Assembly: GCA_045106895.1 (NCBI GenBank)
Contig: JBGCFM010000194.1
Coordinates: forward strand, 1 to 48,148
Direction of reading: 5' to 3'
Length of the DNA: 48,148 nt
Source of the DNA: Polyangiales bacterium
GTDB lineage: Bacteria; Myxococcota_A; Polyangia; Polyangiales; Houyiibacteriaceae
Below the pieces are notes generated by a model that searched no databases, was not told the DNA's origin, and saw only the letters and a list, made by a program, of their open reading frames with translations. Positions 39,101 to 47,882 of this stretch are shown here, one piece after another; position 1 is the first letter of the stretch; every line of letters starts with the position of its first letter. The translations under genes were made by a program, and so were the position numbers.

Positions 39101-39585
39101 TCCTGCTGGCAAAAGCCCGTGTCGCCGACCTCTGGGGTCGAGTCTGCGGAACAGGAAAAGCCTGCACGACAGGGCAAAGTCGCACTGCAGGCAACACCCT
39201 GCAGCTGCACGTGGGGCAGGAAGTAGCGGTGGTCAGGCTCGCCGCTAAAAGACGCTTGGGAGCGGTCCTGGAGAGCGCAGGCGTAGCCGTCGATGCTTCC
39301 CGTAAGCGCTTCGATGACCGTACTCCACCGATTTCGCTCCGGGGCTCCGGCGCTACATTGGGGCATGCACTCAGAGCAGGTAGGAGTGACGCAAGCGCAG
39401 TCCCCAACCTTCTCCATCGACCCCGAGGAGTCGATGAGCATCATGATCATTGGCGGCACCGAACGGATATCCGGTCCCTGAGCACTCACGGGGCTCGCGA
39501 AAGCGCCCGCTACGGTGAGTACGCATGCTGCGGTGATACAGCGCGTTGCGATACAGAATCGTCTCTTCATGCTCGTCCTCATCAT
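36121..39585 (-). CDS. pilY1: Type IV pilus adhesin PilY1/PilC-like with vWA domain
   Basis: LIDSSGSM and LLTDG (vWA MIDAS); LGSIYHSSP, YVGSNDGILHGF, GEELWGFIP and VDGTP (PilC beta-propeller); last gene of the minor-pilin operon. Confidence 0.88.
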   Translation of the reverse strand: MMRTSMKRRFCIATRCITAACVLTVAGAFASPVSAQGPDIRSVPPMIMMLIDSSGSMEKVGDCACVTPTCSECMPQCSAGAPERNRWSTVIEALTGSIDGYACALQDRSQASFSGEPDHRYFLPHVQLQGVACSATLPCRAGFSCSADSTPEVGDTGFCQQDDGILDVYRDRAKFGLMTFDAISTFAGAGELMTEIDFDARGTTQNEGSQGGYSYGGPRPFSFPDCGTPYMIDNGARNENAAAGRLVSVGQEGVDPIATVNSDVQGALLSRGMRPYGSTPIAGMLSDVEHYFTMHPDTRRISSIGLTGDPFNGCRSRYAILLTDGQPTSDMRGDPFNCDALGQPVGSGGCPYDTPIELANRMVVEDDTLDGLFVVGFNVSGDNCPDGDADCRATAAETVATLNDLAAAGGTTEAIFADDRATLIEALTLIMDAAAPGTTTRTVPAFGAAGGAAGTAGQLQFNTGFNLTTEAGTPWSGVLERRRIECDGLTPTPRPIEDRDRFHVQLNSQTGTIDSNGYARRLLTVVPSTAAEYGQRLVGTAETTVTADGLPLPPNTTGISQSGLELTPFRLDNLSVTAQLLGVASTDRREEVIEWVHGFAGTEREGNRLGSIYHSSPVVVAPPSTDILDEGFNLFRQRPEVSGRPTMVYVGSNDGILHGFVGQDHTFPIGHPRAGQSLSAGEELWGFIPPMLLRTLDGALDSQQWMVDGTPLVRDIFFARDPSADDGGDEYHTVLVNGMRAGGNGFVAMDVTDPVNPDFLWQYTDSLFGNTYGQAAMGQVLVDMAGRVHERGIVILPGGHGSLSSTGSCDATAQAPASGRASIPVGGRSSRRCWNTQGRGIVILDAASGRVIRRWDSTSLPAPVNGGVSVFLGETGTAATRAFVTDADGVIWRIDLSNSDPLQWQLQSFHDMFQGMAYDAGQPAYPSPILTTDTDGDVVVIQGSGDIDRLENYTVRNRVVSVREEIIRNSTTGIVESVTGVLNWNVTLDAGEQVTGPVDLFQGNVYFGTFSSTSNSLDACQVGFSRIWGLEYLNDNGSGGPMPALESTPGSGVFDRTNIDDSDDAALLNQIVMGVAVTQRPTCIDGRNVTETDPYIGSRQTFRVDAASPPAFELVAQLSGGGTGSSGASVGEFVRALPAPVAYTQTVGYAGTVQ

Positions 39586-40262
39586 TGCCGTCCGATCGGT
39601 CCACTAATAGCGAAGGCGCGCGCGTCACTCGCACCTTCGTGGTAGGGCCGGTCACCCGGCGTGCCGGACACATGGTCCGACGGAAGTCGTGTTCGTCCGC
39701 GCGATGTGTAGGTCGCGCCGAGGTACTCAAGGCGCCCACCACCTTGAGCCTGGTCACCCGGCACCGCGCGAACCACGCGGTGTCGGTCGTAAACGTCCAC
39801 CATCAGCATGGTGTCGTAGGTCGAGCGTGGCCCGAGGCTGGACTCATCCTCGATGGGCAACGCCGTGAGCGTCGAGAAGTCGAGGGCATCGAAGCGATGA
39901 GCGTCGGCGCCCTGGCGAAGAGGTCGCTCGAAGGGCGCAAGGTTGAGCGCCTCACCGCCACCGGCTCGGTTTGCCGTGGACGATTCCGTCATGGCGCGTC
40001 GTAGCGCATCGGCGCCGTAGTAGTCGACCCACGCGAAGGCGCTGAGGACGCCGGCTTCACCCACGTACTGAGTCTGCATAGCCTGGCGACTGAATCCGGC
40101 GGCTCGGATCTCCGAAGACGTCGAGTGAATGGCGAACACCGCCGTCGCCGTCGTCATCAACAAGACGAGCATGACGACCAACATGACCGCCCCCTCCTCA
40201 CGTTGAGGTGTACGGCGTGTCATGTGCGGCTGAGCTGGGATGTGTTGGTTCATAGGCATCAC
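39582..40262 (-). CDS. pilX: PilX-like minor pilin
   Basis: EEG/AVMLVVMLVLL hydrophobic pilin helix lacking Glu5; position between pilW and pilY1. Confidence 0.72.
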   Translation of the reverse strand: MMPMNQHIPAQPHMTRRTPQREEGAVMLVVMLVLLMTTATAVFAIHSTSSEIRAAGFSRQAMQTQYVGEAGVLSAFAWVDYYGADALRRAMTESSTANRAGGGEALNLAPFERPLRQGADAHRFDALDFSTLTALPIEDESSLGPRSTYDTMLMVDVYDRHRVVRAVPGDQAQGGGRLEYLGATYTSRGRTRLPSDHVSGTPGDRPYHEGASDARAFAISGPIGRQ

Positions 40263-41422
40263 AGGACGTTCGGAAGGAAGATCTCAGCGCGAAGTCCACG
40301 CACACGTGCCGCACCTGGGCGGCCAGCGGCGACCTGGTAGCGGGTCAACGGCGCACCGGCGACGCGTGGAACGAAGGGGAAGCTCTCATCTTGGTCGGCG
40401 GTGCGATTCGCGATATCGATCACTACCGAACGGACCTGCTGCGGATTGTTGAGGGTGAGGGCCTGCGCCGCGAGGTCATCCATGCGTACGATGGTGGGCG
40501 GAAGGCCCGGCGCGCCGTTGGTGTCGGCGATGATGTCGACGTCAAAGTTGGCGACGAAGTCGAGGACGATTCGCTCGGAGTTTGGAATGGGCGATGCCGC
40601 AGGGTCGAAGGCGACCTCTCGACGAATCAACACGCTTGGGACGGTCCCGCGCTGCTGGTCGAGCTGCTGCTGTGCTGCGTTTCCGAAGATGTTGTTCAGG
40701 TTCACCGAAGCGTCCGAAGCATCAACAACCGCGTACTCGACGCGCATGAGCGGCGAGATAAAGGCCTGTCGCAAGGCGCCGCTCACGCAGTTGCCGCTTC
40801 CGCTATTCAGACTAGGCGTGAAGTTGATGCTCAGCGTGCTGGGGTCTGTTCCCGTAATGCGCAGGAAGAAGTGGTCGCCGTCGGTGTCTTCGATGTGCAA
40901 GTAGCGACCTGTGCGGAACACGTCGTTGAAGAGCGCGGCATCAAAGTCCGTCCCGGGGATGCCGAAGGAATCTCGGAAGCCCTGAGTGCTCCCGTCCAGG
41001 CGCGCGAGGGTTCCAATGGCGCTGGCCACGACGTAACGACTCGTCGTCGCGTAGTTGCCCACCATCGTCACGCGGTCTGCCTGAACACCGTTGGCGGCGG
41101 CGTTGGGCAAGGCATCTGTGTCCGCGCCGTGAAGCACCTGAATCGCCCCGAAGTTCTGACCATCGGGCATGGGCAGACAGGTTCGCTCCGTGGCGGTGTT
41201 GGCGGAGCCAAGGAAGCCAGCGCGCTGTACATCGAGGCGAATCTGCTCCACGGCCATGCGCGTCGCCATCTGTGCCTGAGAGATGCGCTGCTGCTCGTGA
41301 AAGCTCTGCGAGGACGCCTTGCTGATGGTGTAGACGCTGCCGATGGCGATGAGACCCGCCACGAGCGCGACCATGAGCTCGATGAGCGTGAAGCCCTCAT
41401 GAGACCGTGTTCGAGACATCAT
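40259..41422 (-). CDS. pilW: PilW-like minor pilin
   Basis: HEG/FTLIELMVAL prepilin motif; IRLDVQRAGF; ATG 41422 overlaps the upstream stop (ATGA). Confidence 0.8.
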   Translation of the reverse strand: MMSRTRSHEGFTLIELMVALVAGLIAIGSVYTISKASSQSFHEQQRISQAQMATRMAVEQIRLDVQRAGFLGSANTATERTCLPMPDGQNFGAIQVLHGADTDALPNAAANGVQADRVTMVGNYATTSRYVVASAIGTLARLDGSTQGFRDSFGIPGTDFDAALFNDVFRTGRYLHIEDTDGDHFFLRITGTDPSTLSINFTPSLNSGSGNCVSGALRQAFISPLMRVEYAVVDASDASVNLNNIFGNAAQQQLDQQRGTVPSVLIRREVAFDPAASPIPNSERIVLDFVANFDVDIIADTNGAPGLPPTIVRMDDLAAQALTLNNPQQVRSVVIDIANRTADQDESFPFVPRVAGAPLTRYQVAAGRPGAARVRGLRAEIFLPNVL

Positions 41423-42033
41423 TGGGGGTTGCTCCTCCAACGCACGAGCGTTGAAGCGTAGATCGCGTGAACACGTGGGGAAACGGTGGCGAGTTCCACG
41501 TTTACGGCAGCTTCGCCGCCGCCGGCTCCGCAGTTCGGGAAGAGGTCTTGGTTCCCGTCGCCTCGTCGGTACCAGAAGGTTCGGATATCGACGCGCGCGA
41601 CCTGATTCACAACGACCCAGCGGGTGTTGATGTGCGTGCAGTAGCGAATGTCGCCCGCCACGCTGGTGTCCTGCCCATGCCAGTCGTGGCCGTAGCTCTC
41701 CGTTGGATCTGGAGAAGCCGGCGCGAACCAGCCAGAGTCGCCCGCGGCGGGCGTGAGCTGGAGGTAGTTCGTGGCGGCGATGCCGTTCGGAGAGCCTGAG
41801 ATGTTCGAGGTCCAGGCGAGGGAGTCGCGACGAACGCGCTCGACCCAAATCCGCGCGACGTTGGTGGCCGTCGTCATACGGCGAGCGTTGAGGTTGCCCC
41901 GAGTCGACGCCTGCTGCATCGCCAAGATGCCAACGGACCCGACGGTCAGGATGCCGACGGCGATCATGACTTCGATGAGCGTGAAGCCGCGCTTGGCACT
42001 CTTCACAGGCGTGAGATGATTCGAACGATTCAT
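41419..42033 (-). CDS. pilV: PilV-like minor pilin
   Basis: KRG/FTLIEVMIAVGILTVG prepilin motif. Confidence 0.8.
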   Translation of the reverse strand: MNRSNHLTPVKSAKRGFTLIEVMIAVGILTVGSVGILAMQQASTRGNLNARRMTTATNVARIWVERVRRDSLAWTSNISGSPNGIAATNYLQLTPAAGDSGWFAPASPDPTESYGHDWHGQDTSVAGDIRYCTHINTRWVVVNQVARVDIRTFWYRRGDGNQDLFPNCGAGGGEAAVNVELATVSPRVHAIYASTLVRWRSNPQ

Positions 42034-42656
42034 CGTTGAATCCTCGCGTCCGACCCGAGGGGCAGAATCACGCGACGCGCGACGCCCTGTACGCCGTTTG
42101 CGTTTCGGCGCTGCACCTCAAAGCGGAAGCCGCCCTGAAGAGAACCGCCGACGTCGGCGTTGTCCGTGAGGAAGATCCCCGCGACATTTCGTCGCCAGCG
42201 GGTGATTCCCGTCGGCTCGAAGCACACCTGCAAGCCGCCTGGGAAGTCCGGCGCCGTGAGCTGGTAGCGCGATGTCCCGAGGCTCTGACCGTCAGCCTCC
42301 ACGCTGTCGATGCACATCTCGTTGCCGTCACAGCCCGCAGCCGTCAGCGCGGGCCAGTTGTTGGTGACGCAGCGGTTGTTGATGCCGCGATAGACCGAAA
42401 AGACCCCATCACCACCATCGTCGGCGGGATCGAAAATCAGGAGATGAGCGCGGCCATATCCCGCCGAGGCGGCTCGAGCGCGACGCATGAGCCGGACGAT
42501 GTCGTTGGCCACCTCGTTGGTGTGTCCATCCGCACGCGCGGTTCCGATGGTGGGTGCTGCCAAGGCCGCCACGAGCGCGATGATCCCAACGACCACCATC
42601 AGCTCCAGGAGAGTGAAGGCGCGCTCTTTTCGCAGTCGTATGTGCAGAGGAGACAT
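42030..42656 (-). CDS. fimU: FimT/FimU-like minor pilin
   Basis: ERA/FTLLELMVVVGIIALVAALAAP, then RRARAAS; first gene of the operon. Confidence 0.75.
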   Translation of the reverse strand: MSPLHIRLRKERAFTLLELMVVVGIIALVAALAAPTIGTARADGHTNEVANDIVRLMRRARAASAGYGRAHLLIFDPADDGGDGVFSVYRGINNRCVTNNWPALTAAGCDGNEMCIDSVEADGQSLGTSRYQLTAPDFPGGLQVCFEPTGITRWRRNVAGIFLTDNADVGGSLQGGFRFEVQRRNANGVQGVARRVILPLGSDARIQR

Positions 42657-42672
42657 GGGCGGCTCCATCTTA

Positions 42673-42688
42673 TGCAAGGGGCGGGCCT
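42673..42688 (-). promoter_or_regulatory. Possible sigma-54 (-24/-12) promoter of the minor pilin operon
   Basis: AGGCCCGCCCCTTGCA has GG-N10-GC spacing with TTGCA; single-site match only. Confidence 0.35.
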
Positions 42689-42844
42689 CCCCACCAGCGC
42701 GAGCTAAGAGCCTGTTTTTATTAGACATGCGATCATCCATAGAATCGAAACGGGGCAGCAAAGGACGAAGACCCTTCATGCCTATGCAAACTTTTCGGGA
42801 TCGTATCGGCTCCCTCGCAGACCTGCGAAGAATCCGTCATTCGC

Positions 42845-43663
42845 TCAAGGTTTGATCAATTTCGCGCTCCATCCGTACTTGCTGAGGCGCGTATCGCGCA
42901 CGAAAGCGCACACCGTGATGGACGCTTCCTTTGCCAAGTCGGCGGCCATCGTGGTGAGTCCTTTTCGTGTGGCGATGGTTCCAATGCCCGCAGCAGCGGC
43001 TTTTTGCACGACTTCGAAGCTCACACGGCCGCTCAGCGCCAGAAGCCGAGCGTCCTTGAGGGACTTATCAAGGAGCGCGCGGCCCACCACTTTGTCGATG
43101 GCGTTGTGGCGCCCGACGTCCTCATCTAGGGACAGGCGGTTCAGATCTGAGTCAAAGAGGGCCGCGCCGTGGATAGAGCCGGTTCGCTCGAAGAGCATCT
43201 GTTCGGACGCGAGCGTGCCGAGCGCGGAGCGAATCTCGCTCGCGGTGAAGTCCTTGCGTGCTTTCGGAGGCCGGATTCGAGCGAGCAGGTCGGTGATCTG
43301 CTCACGGCCACAGACGCCGCAGCTAGATGTGCTGAGCGTTCCTCGACGGAGCTCGTCCCCGATGTCGAAGTGAAAACCGGGTCCCGGCCGGACATCCATG
43401 GTGTGTTGCGCGGCCTGGGCCTCGACATCCCCACAGTGGACAAGGGCGCCAAGGTCCGCCGCCGACCCGATGAGCCCTTCCGCCAGGAGAAAGCCCGCCA
43501 CAAGAGCGGGGTCCGAGCCCGGAGTGCGCATGGTGGTCGCGACGGTCTCACCGACCACTTGGATCGTCAGCGGGGCCTCGATGGGCAGCGCGTCCTCCCC
43601 GAGCGTGGTCTCCTCGTCGTCGATGCGCCGACGTTCCCGCCGCGCGATGCGCCCTTCACTCAT
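42845..43663 (-). CDS. fdhD: Formate dehydrogenase accessory sulfurtransferase
   Basis: TTMRTPG, GFLLAEG, SSCGVCG, EDVGRHNAIDK and SGRVSFEVVQKA motifs. Confidence 0.93.
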   Translation of the reverse strand: MSEGRIARRERRRIDDEETTLGEDALPIEAPLTIQVVGETVATTMRTPGSDPALVAGFLLAEGLIGSAADLGALVHCGDVEAQAAQHTMDVRPGPGFHFDIGDELRRGTLSTSSCGVCGREQITDLLARIRPPKARKDFTASEIRSALGTLASEQMLFERTGSIHGAALFDSDLNRLSLDEDVGRHNAIDKVVGRALLDKSLKDARLLALSGRVSFEVVQKAAAAGIGTIATRKGLTTMAADLAKEASITVCAFVRDTRLSKYGWSAKLIKP

Positions 43664-43776
43664 CGCGGGAGCCTACCCCACCTGGTTGATTCTGGGTGTT
43701 TCGGAAACACTCGGGAACTTTCCATCGACGTAGGTGTCGTAGCTTGGCGCGCCAGCTACGCTGAAGCGCGGGCACA

Positions 43777-45318
43777 ATGGACGAGGCGAAGGAAAACGAG
43801 TCTCCGCAGGAGATCGCAGCGATTCGGAGTCGCGGCCCCAAGTGGGCTGCCATCGCCACGATCCTGGTGGCCTTCCTCGGCACCGCCGTCCTCGTCGCGC
43901 CGGTCTTCATGTCCCGCTCTCAGAAGCGAACGCTGACCCGCCTGTGGCGCGGAGAGATCAACCTCGCGGGGGAGCAGCTCTTCGAAGCGGAAGATCCAAG
44001 CGGGACGGAGAGCGTTCCCTGGCGTGAGGTCCACGCGTCGCTCATTCCGCGCTGGATGGTGGCCCAAGCTCACCGGCCCAAAGACCCATCACCCCGCTCG
44101 CGCGAAGACGTGCGAAGCGAACGCGCTGCCCAGCGCGCCTACACGCAGCTGCGCTACGCGCTTGGCTCCGACCAAAACCTCGTGCGCATCCTCGACGAGC
44201 TCGAAGAGCACCTCATGGAGGACCCCGTCGGGCAAGCGGGTCGCATCGACTACCTGCTGTGGGCCTACAACCACTACCTCGACGAGTCGGACATCCCGTG
44301 GCGCATCGAAGCCACGATGCACATTCGCGAAGACGGACGCCCGGCATTTTACACGCGGAGCTACGAGGTCCTCGAAGACCTCATCACGACGAGCGGTCGC
44401 CTGCGGCTCGTGCGCCGCGTGGACCTCACGAACATCGAAGAGGGGTTCCTGGGCCACACCACAGGTCATCGCGAAGGCGCCCTGGTGATGATGGACCGAA
44501 ACGTTCACTTCGCCGTGCAGCGCGTGTGGCCGATGCTCCACGCGGGCCTCGACGAGCGCCTCCCGCCGGAGCTTCGAAACATCGCGCCCTTTGTCCGCGA
44601 GGAGGCCGCCGCTTCACTGCCGCCGGGGCTCTTCGCGCTTCTTCAGGAGACCGCCGTGGACGATATGGCGCTCATCGAAGTAGCGGACTCCATCCACGCG
44701 CGCAGCGAATGTGGTTCCAGCTTTCGGGTATACGGCCTGCCTTGGAACGGCCTCGCGCCTCCGGATCAACGCGCCCTCGTCGATGCCCTCGGCCGCTCCC
44801 AGAACACCGAATGCCCCGAGGTCACCCTCAATGAAGCCGCACGCCTCATCGGTGCTTCCCAGCGCCTCGGCGGGACCAAAGACCTCGCCCTCGCTGTGGA
44901 GCACTTGTCCACCTGGGTCGCCGGAGCCGTCAGCGTCCACGAACTCCGCCACGTGGCCGATGGCGCGGGCGACCACAGCGGCGACGACGAGACCTTCTGT
45001 GCTGGCTGCCCCGAAGGCAGCGACGACGCGACGCGGGATGAGCTCAGCGCCTACCTCGCTTCCTTCGCCGCGCCGGGCCACGGCTACCTCGCCTTGGCCC
45101 AAGCCTGCGCCATGGAACACAACAACGTCGGCGGCCTCAGCGCCCACGCCCAGGCGCTGGCCCTCGCCATCCCAGATATCCTCGGAGGCTCGTGCTCCGG
45201 ACCGATCCCGGACGACCTCTACGCGCGCTCCCGCGAAGTTGAAGTGAACTACTTTGGCACGCGGCGAGGCGTCGAGTTGCCGGCGGACTTTCCCGCCCGC
45301 CTGCGCCTTTTGAGGTGA
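43777..45318 (+). CDS. Membrane-anchored hypothetical protein with HExxH motif
   Basis: N-terminal TM WAAIATILVAFLGTAVLVAPVF; VHELRH followed by DELSAYL. Confidence 0.75.
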   Translation: MDEAKENESPQEIAAIRSRGPKWAAIATILVAFLGTAVLVAPVFMSRSQKRTLTRLWRGEINLAGEQLFEAEDPSGTESVPWREVHASLIPRWMVAQAHRPKDPSPRSREDVRSERAAQRAYTQLRYALGSDQNLVRILDELEEHLMEDPVGQAGRIDYLLWAYNHYLDESDIPWRIEATMHIREDGRPAFYTRSYEVLEDLITTSGRLRLVRRVDLTNIEEGFLGHTTGHREGALVMMDRNVHFAVQRVWPMLHAGLDERLPPELRNIAPFVREEAAASLPPGLFALLQETAVDDMALIEVADSIHARSECGSSFRVYGLPWNGLAPPDQRALVDALGRSQNTECPEVTLNEAARLIGASQRLGGTKDLALAVEHLSTWVAGAVSVHELRHVADGAGDHSGDDETFCAGCPEGSDDATRDELSAYLASFAAPGHGYLALAQACAMEHNNVGGLSAHAQALALAIPDILGGSCSGPIPDDLYARSREVEVNYFGTRRGVELPADFPARLRLLR

Positions 45319-45576
45319 GCTACATCGGGGTGACTGCCTGAATGACCCGATCAGAATGGTCCTCGCCGTAGGTCAGCGTGAGATTCACAAGTGTCGACGA
45401 GTCCGCGTTTTCGAGCGCCTCACACACATCCGTCGACACACATCGAAGCGGTGCCTGGTCCAAGGTGAAATCAACGCTTAGCCCAGATGCATACCAAGGT
45501 GTTTTGCACGTCAAACGCGTTCAGACGTGAACAAAGAGAATGCCAATTTGTGCCAGTTCGTGGTCGCGGCGTCGCT

Positions 45577-46224
45577 CTAGGACAGAACGCCGACGGGGCA
45601 CGCGACGCCCATCCCGCCGATGCCACAGTACCCGTTCGGGTTCTTCCCTAGGTACTGCTGGTGGTAGTCCTCCGCGTAGTAGAACTTGGGCGCGTCGAGG
45701 ATCTCCGTCGTGATGCCGCCGTGGCCCGCCGCCAAGAGCTCTTTCTGGTACGCCACCTGCGTGGCTTTGGCGAGCTTCCGCTGCTCGTCTCCATAGGCGT
45801 AGATGCCCGAGCGGTACTGAGTGCCGGTGTCGTTGCCCTGGCGAAAACCCTGCGTTGGATTGTGGCTCTCCCAGAAGACCTTGAGGAGCGTCTCGTAGGA
45901 GACGACGGCGGGGTCGAAGACAACGCGCACAACCTCGTTGTGGCCCGTTCGGCCCGTGCAGACTTCCTTGTAAGTCGGGTTCGGTGTGTGACCGGCGGCG
46001 TACCCCACCATCGTCGAGTGGACTCCTTCGATCTGCCAGAACTTACGCTCGGCGCCCCAGAAGCAGCCAAGCCCGAACATCGCCATCTGCATGTTCTGCG
46101 CCCATGGGCCGACGATGGAGTTCCCGTTGATGAAGTGCTCTTCACCAACGCTCACAGCTTCAGCGCGACCAGGAAGAGCCTGGTCTGGAGTGGGCATCTG
46201 GGACTTGTGAGAGGAGAAGAACAT
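45577..46224 (-). CDS. msrA: Peptide-methionine (S)-S-oxide reductase
   Basis: [19 protein letters not shown] and [10 protein letters not shown] motifs. Confidence 0.96.
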   Translation of the reverse strand: MFFSSHKSQMPTPDQALPGRAEAVSVGEEHFINGNSIVGPWAQNMQMAMFGLGCFWGAERKFWQIEGVHSTMVGYAAGHTPNPTYKEVCTGRTGHNEVVRVVFDPAVVSYETLLKVFWESHNPTQGFRQGNDTGTQYRSGIYAYGDEQRKLAKATQVAYQKELLAAGHGGITTEILDAPKFYYAEDYHQQYLGKNPNGYCGIGGMGVACPVGVLS

Positions 46225-46319
46225 GCACCGATTCTGGTGCCTCTTTTCTCAAGCGGCCAGCCTCAGCCGCTCTTTTCTCATGCTGTCTTTCAACGCTGGT
46301 CTTTCAACGCTGACGGAGA

Positions 46320-46562
46320 CTAGCGGTTGCTGTAGGCGCAGCCGTGGTCTTCGTCGGCGCTCACTTCAGCAGCGACGGGCGCGGCTTCGGCCTGCGCGCG
46401 GCAAGACGCTCCACAAGCGCCGCATGTCAGAGCCTGCGCGACGCTGACGCCGGCGAAAGCGACGAGGGCGACGGTGGCGACTTTGGCGCCGCGGGAGGCT
46501 GCGTTCCAGCGAACGGAGATGGCTTGGCGAGTGAGTCCGAGAAGTGAGGTTGCGCGCTTCAT
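46320..46562 (-). CDS. Small hypothetical membrane/secreted Cys-containing protein
   Basis: ATG preceded by TAAGCT at 6 nt; hydrophobic stretch then CGACGASC. Confidence 0.5.
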   Translation of the reverse strand: MKRATSLLGLTRQAISVRWNAASRGAKVATVALVAFAGVSVAQALTCGACGASCRAQAEAAPVAAEVSADEDHGCAYSNR

Positions 46563-46620
46563 TCGTGGAGCTTAGGGCCGGGCTCATCAAGGCGCCAGCT
46601 TTGTGGCGATCCGGTGGCGC

Positions 46621-47367
46621 TCAGGCCGGCGCCGAAGGCTCATCGACATCCGCAGAGGTGCCACGCTGGCCTAAAGTCAGCACCCCAGAGGCCAACGCCG
46701 CGCCGAGCACAAGAAGACCGATGGCGGGCGTGGAAGCGCCTGAGAAAGGGTCGTCTCGGAGCAACTCGAGGCCCAGGAGCGTGGCGCCGTAAGCGAAAGT
46801 AACCGCCGGCAGCGCCAGCCCACCCCCTCGAAGTCGAAACGCGAAAGGCAGCACAGCAACGCCGATGAGTGAGTGATAGAGCGCAACAGGATGCGTGGGC
46901 AACGAGTGCGTAGAAGCCTCGTCGATGAGGTCGCGCGCGCGGTGAGCGGCGAAAGCAGGTGACCCCGACGGGAACGCGCCCCAGGCGGCAAAGCCTTCAC
47001 TCGCGACGCTTCCGTAGAGCCAGCCGTCGAGCCACGAGCCCATGCCGCCTAAGATCCAAAGGGCGCAGAACGCCGGCGCGTACGTATCCCGCGCCGAGGG
47101 CGCCATGGCGGCGAAGATCAACGCGCTCGCACCGAGGCCCACGAAAGCGCCCGCGCCTCCGGCCAAGAGCGTAACCATTCCAGCGACAGCGCCGGCGGTG
47201 GCGGCGCCGGCAAACGCACGGGCGCGCACCTTTGGCGGACTCTCATGTTCCGCGTGCACCACCAGATACCAAGCGATGAGCATCGCCGCAGCGAGGCACA
47301 CGCCGTAGCTGTGGATCGCGAGAAAGCCGCCTCCCGGAAGACCGAGCCGAAAGATCACCGGGTGCAC
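46621..47367 (-). CDS. Divergent prolipoprotein diacylglyceryl transferase (Lgt)-like membrane protein
   Basis: MHPVIF..IHSYG, FPSGSPA..H, SLPTHPVALY and ELLRDD resemble Lgt, but several catalytic motifs appear altered. Confidence 0.65.
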   Translation of the reverse strand: MHPVIFRLGLPGGGFLAIHSYGVCLAAAMLIAWYLVVHAEHESPPKVRARAFAGAATAGAVAGMVTLLAGGAGAFVGLGASALIFAAMAPSARDTYAPAFCALWILGGMGSWLDGWLYGSVASEGFAAWGAFPSGSPAFAAHRARDLIDEASTHSLPTHPVALYHSLIGVAVLPFAFRLRGGGLALPAVTFAYGATLLGLELLRDDPFSGASTPAIGLLVLGAALASGVLTLGQRGTSADVDEPSAPA

Positions 47368-47445
47368 GGGTGGAGCGTGGCCTGTCGGGGGTGGCGCATC
47401 AAGTTACTCGTTCGATCGGGCTGAGCGTTCGAGCTGATGATCTGA

Positions 47446-47712
47446 CTGAGCGTTCGGTTCTGGGTGGGCACACGTGCGCCCAAGGCGATTCGGCCTGCTT
47501 TGAGTCGCCGCCCCAGCGGCGACTCAAGGTCTCTCCCGTCGATGCTTACCTCCATCGCGCATTGGAGCTTTGAGCGGCTCTGACATGCATCGAGTTCCAC
47601 CACTCGAAGGATGAGAATGAGTGGTAGGCGCTCCTCCGTTTTGGGAGAGACGGCCTCGACGCCTTGGGGGCACGCGTGCCCACCCAGAACCTGCGTACGG
47701 TTCAAACCGCCG
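47446..47712. repeat. Structured non-coding repeat, copy 1 (REP-doublet-like element or ncRNA)
   Basis: 32-bp inverted arms 47456..47487 and 47660..47691 (2 mismatches) with internal hairpins; closely similar to copy 2. Confidence 0.85.
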
Positions 47713-47882
47713 AGTCTTATCGGGGGGGTGGACGCGCTTTTCGGGGACGCGCTCTTTTACAAAAGGGCTTGGGCCTTTTGTGCAATCGCGCGGGCTCTAC
47801 GTCACGCGACTAGTTCATGGTCATCGCCCGGTTGCGCTCACTCCTCCGAAGCGAATTCCGGGGTGTCTCCCGTCGACGCGGG

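Noticed and set aside
40259..41848. 529-aa ORF as the full PilW
   Set aside because: The first 142 codons overlap pilV in another frame; the prepilin motif and ATGA coupling place the start at 41422
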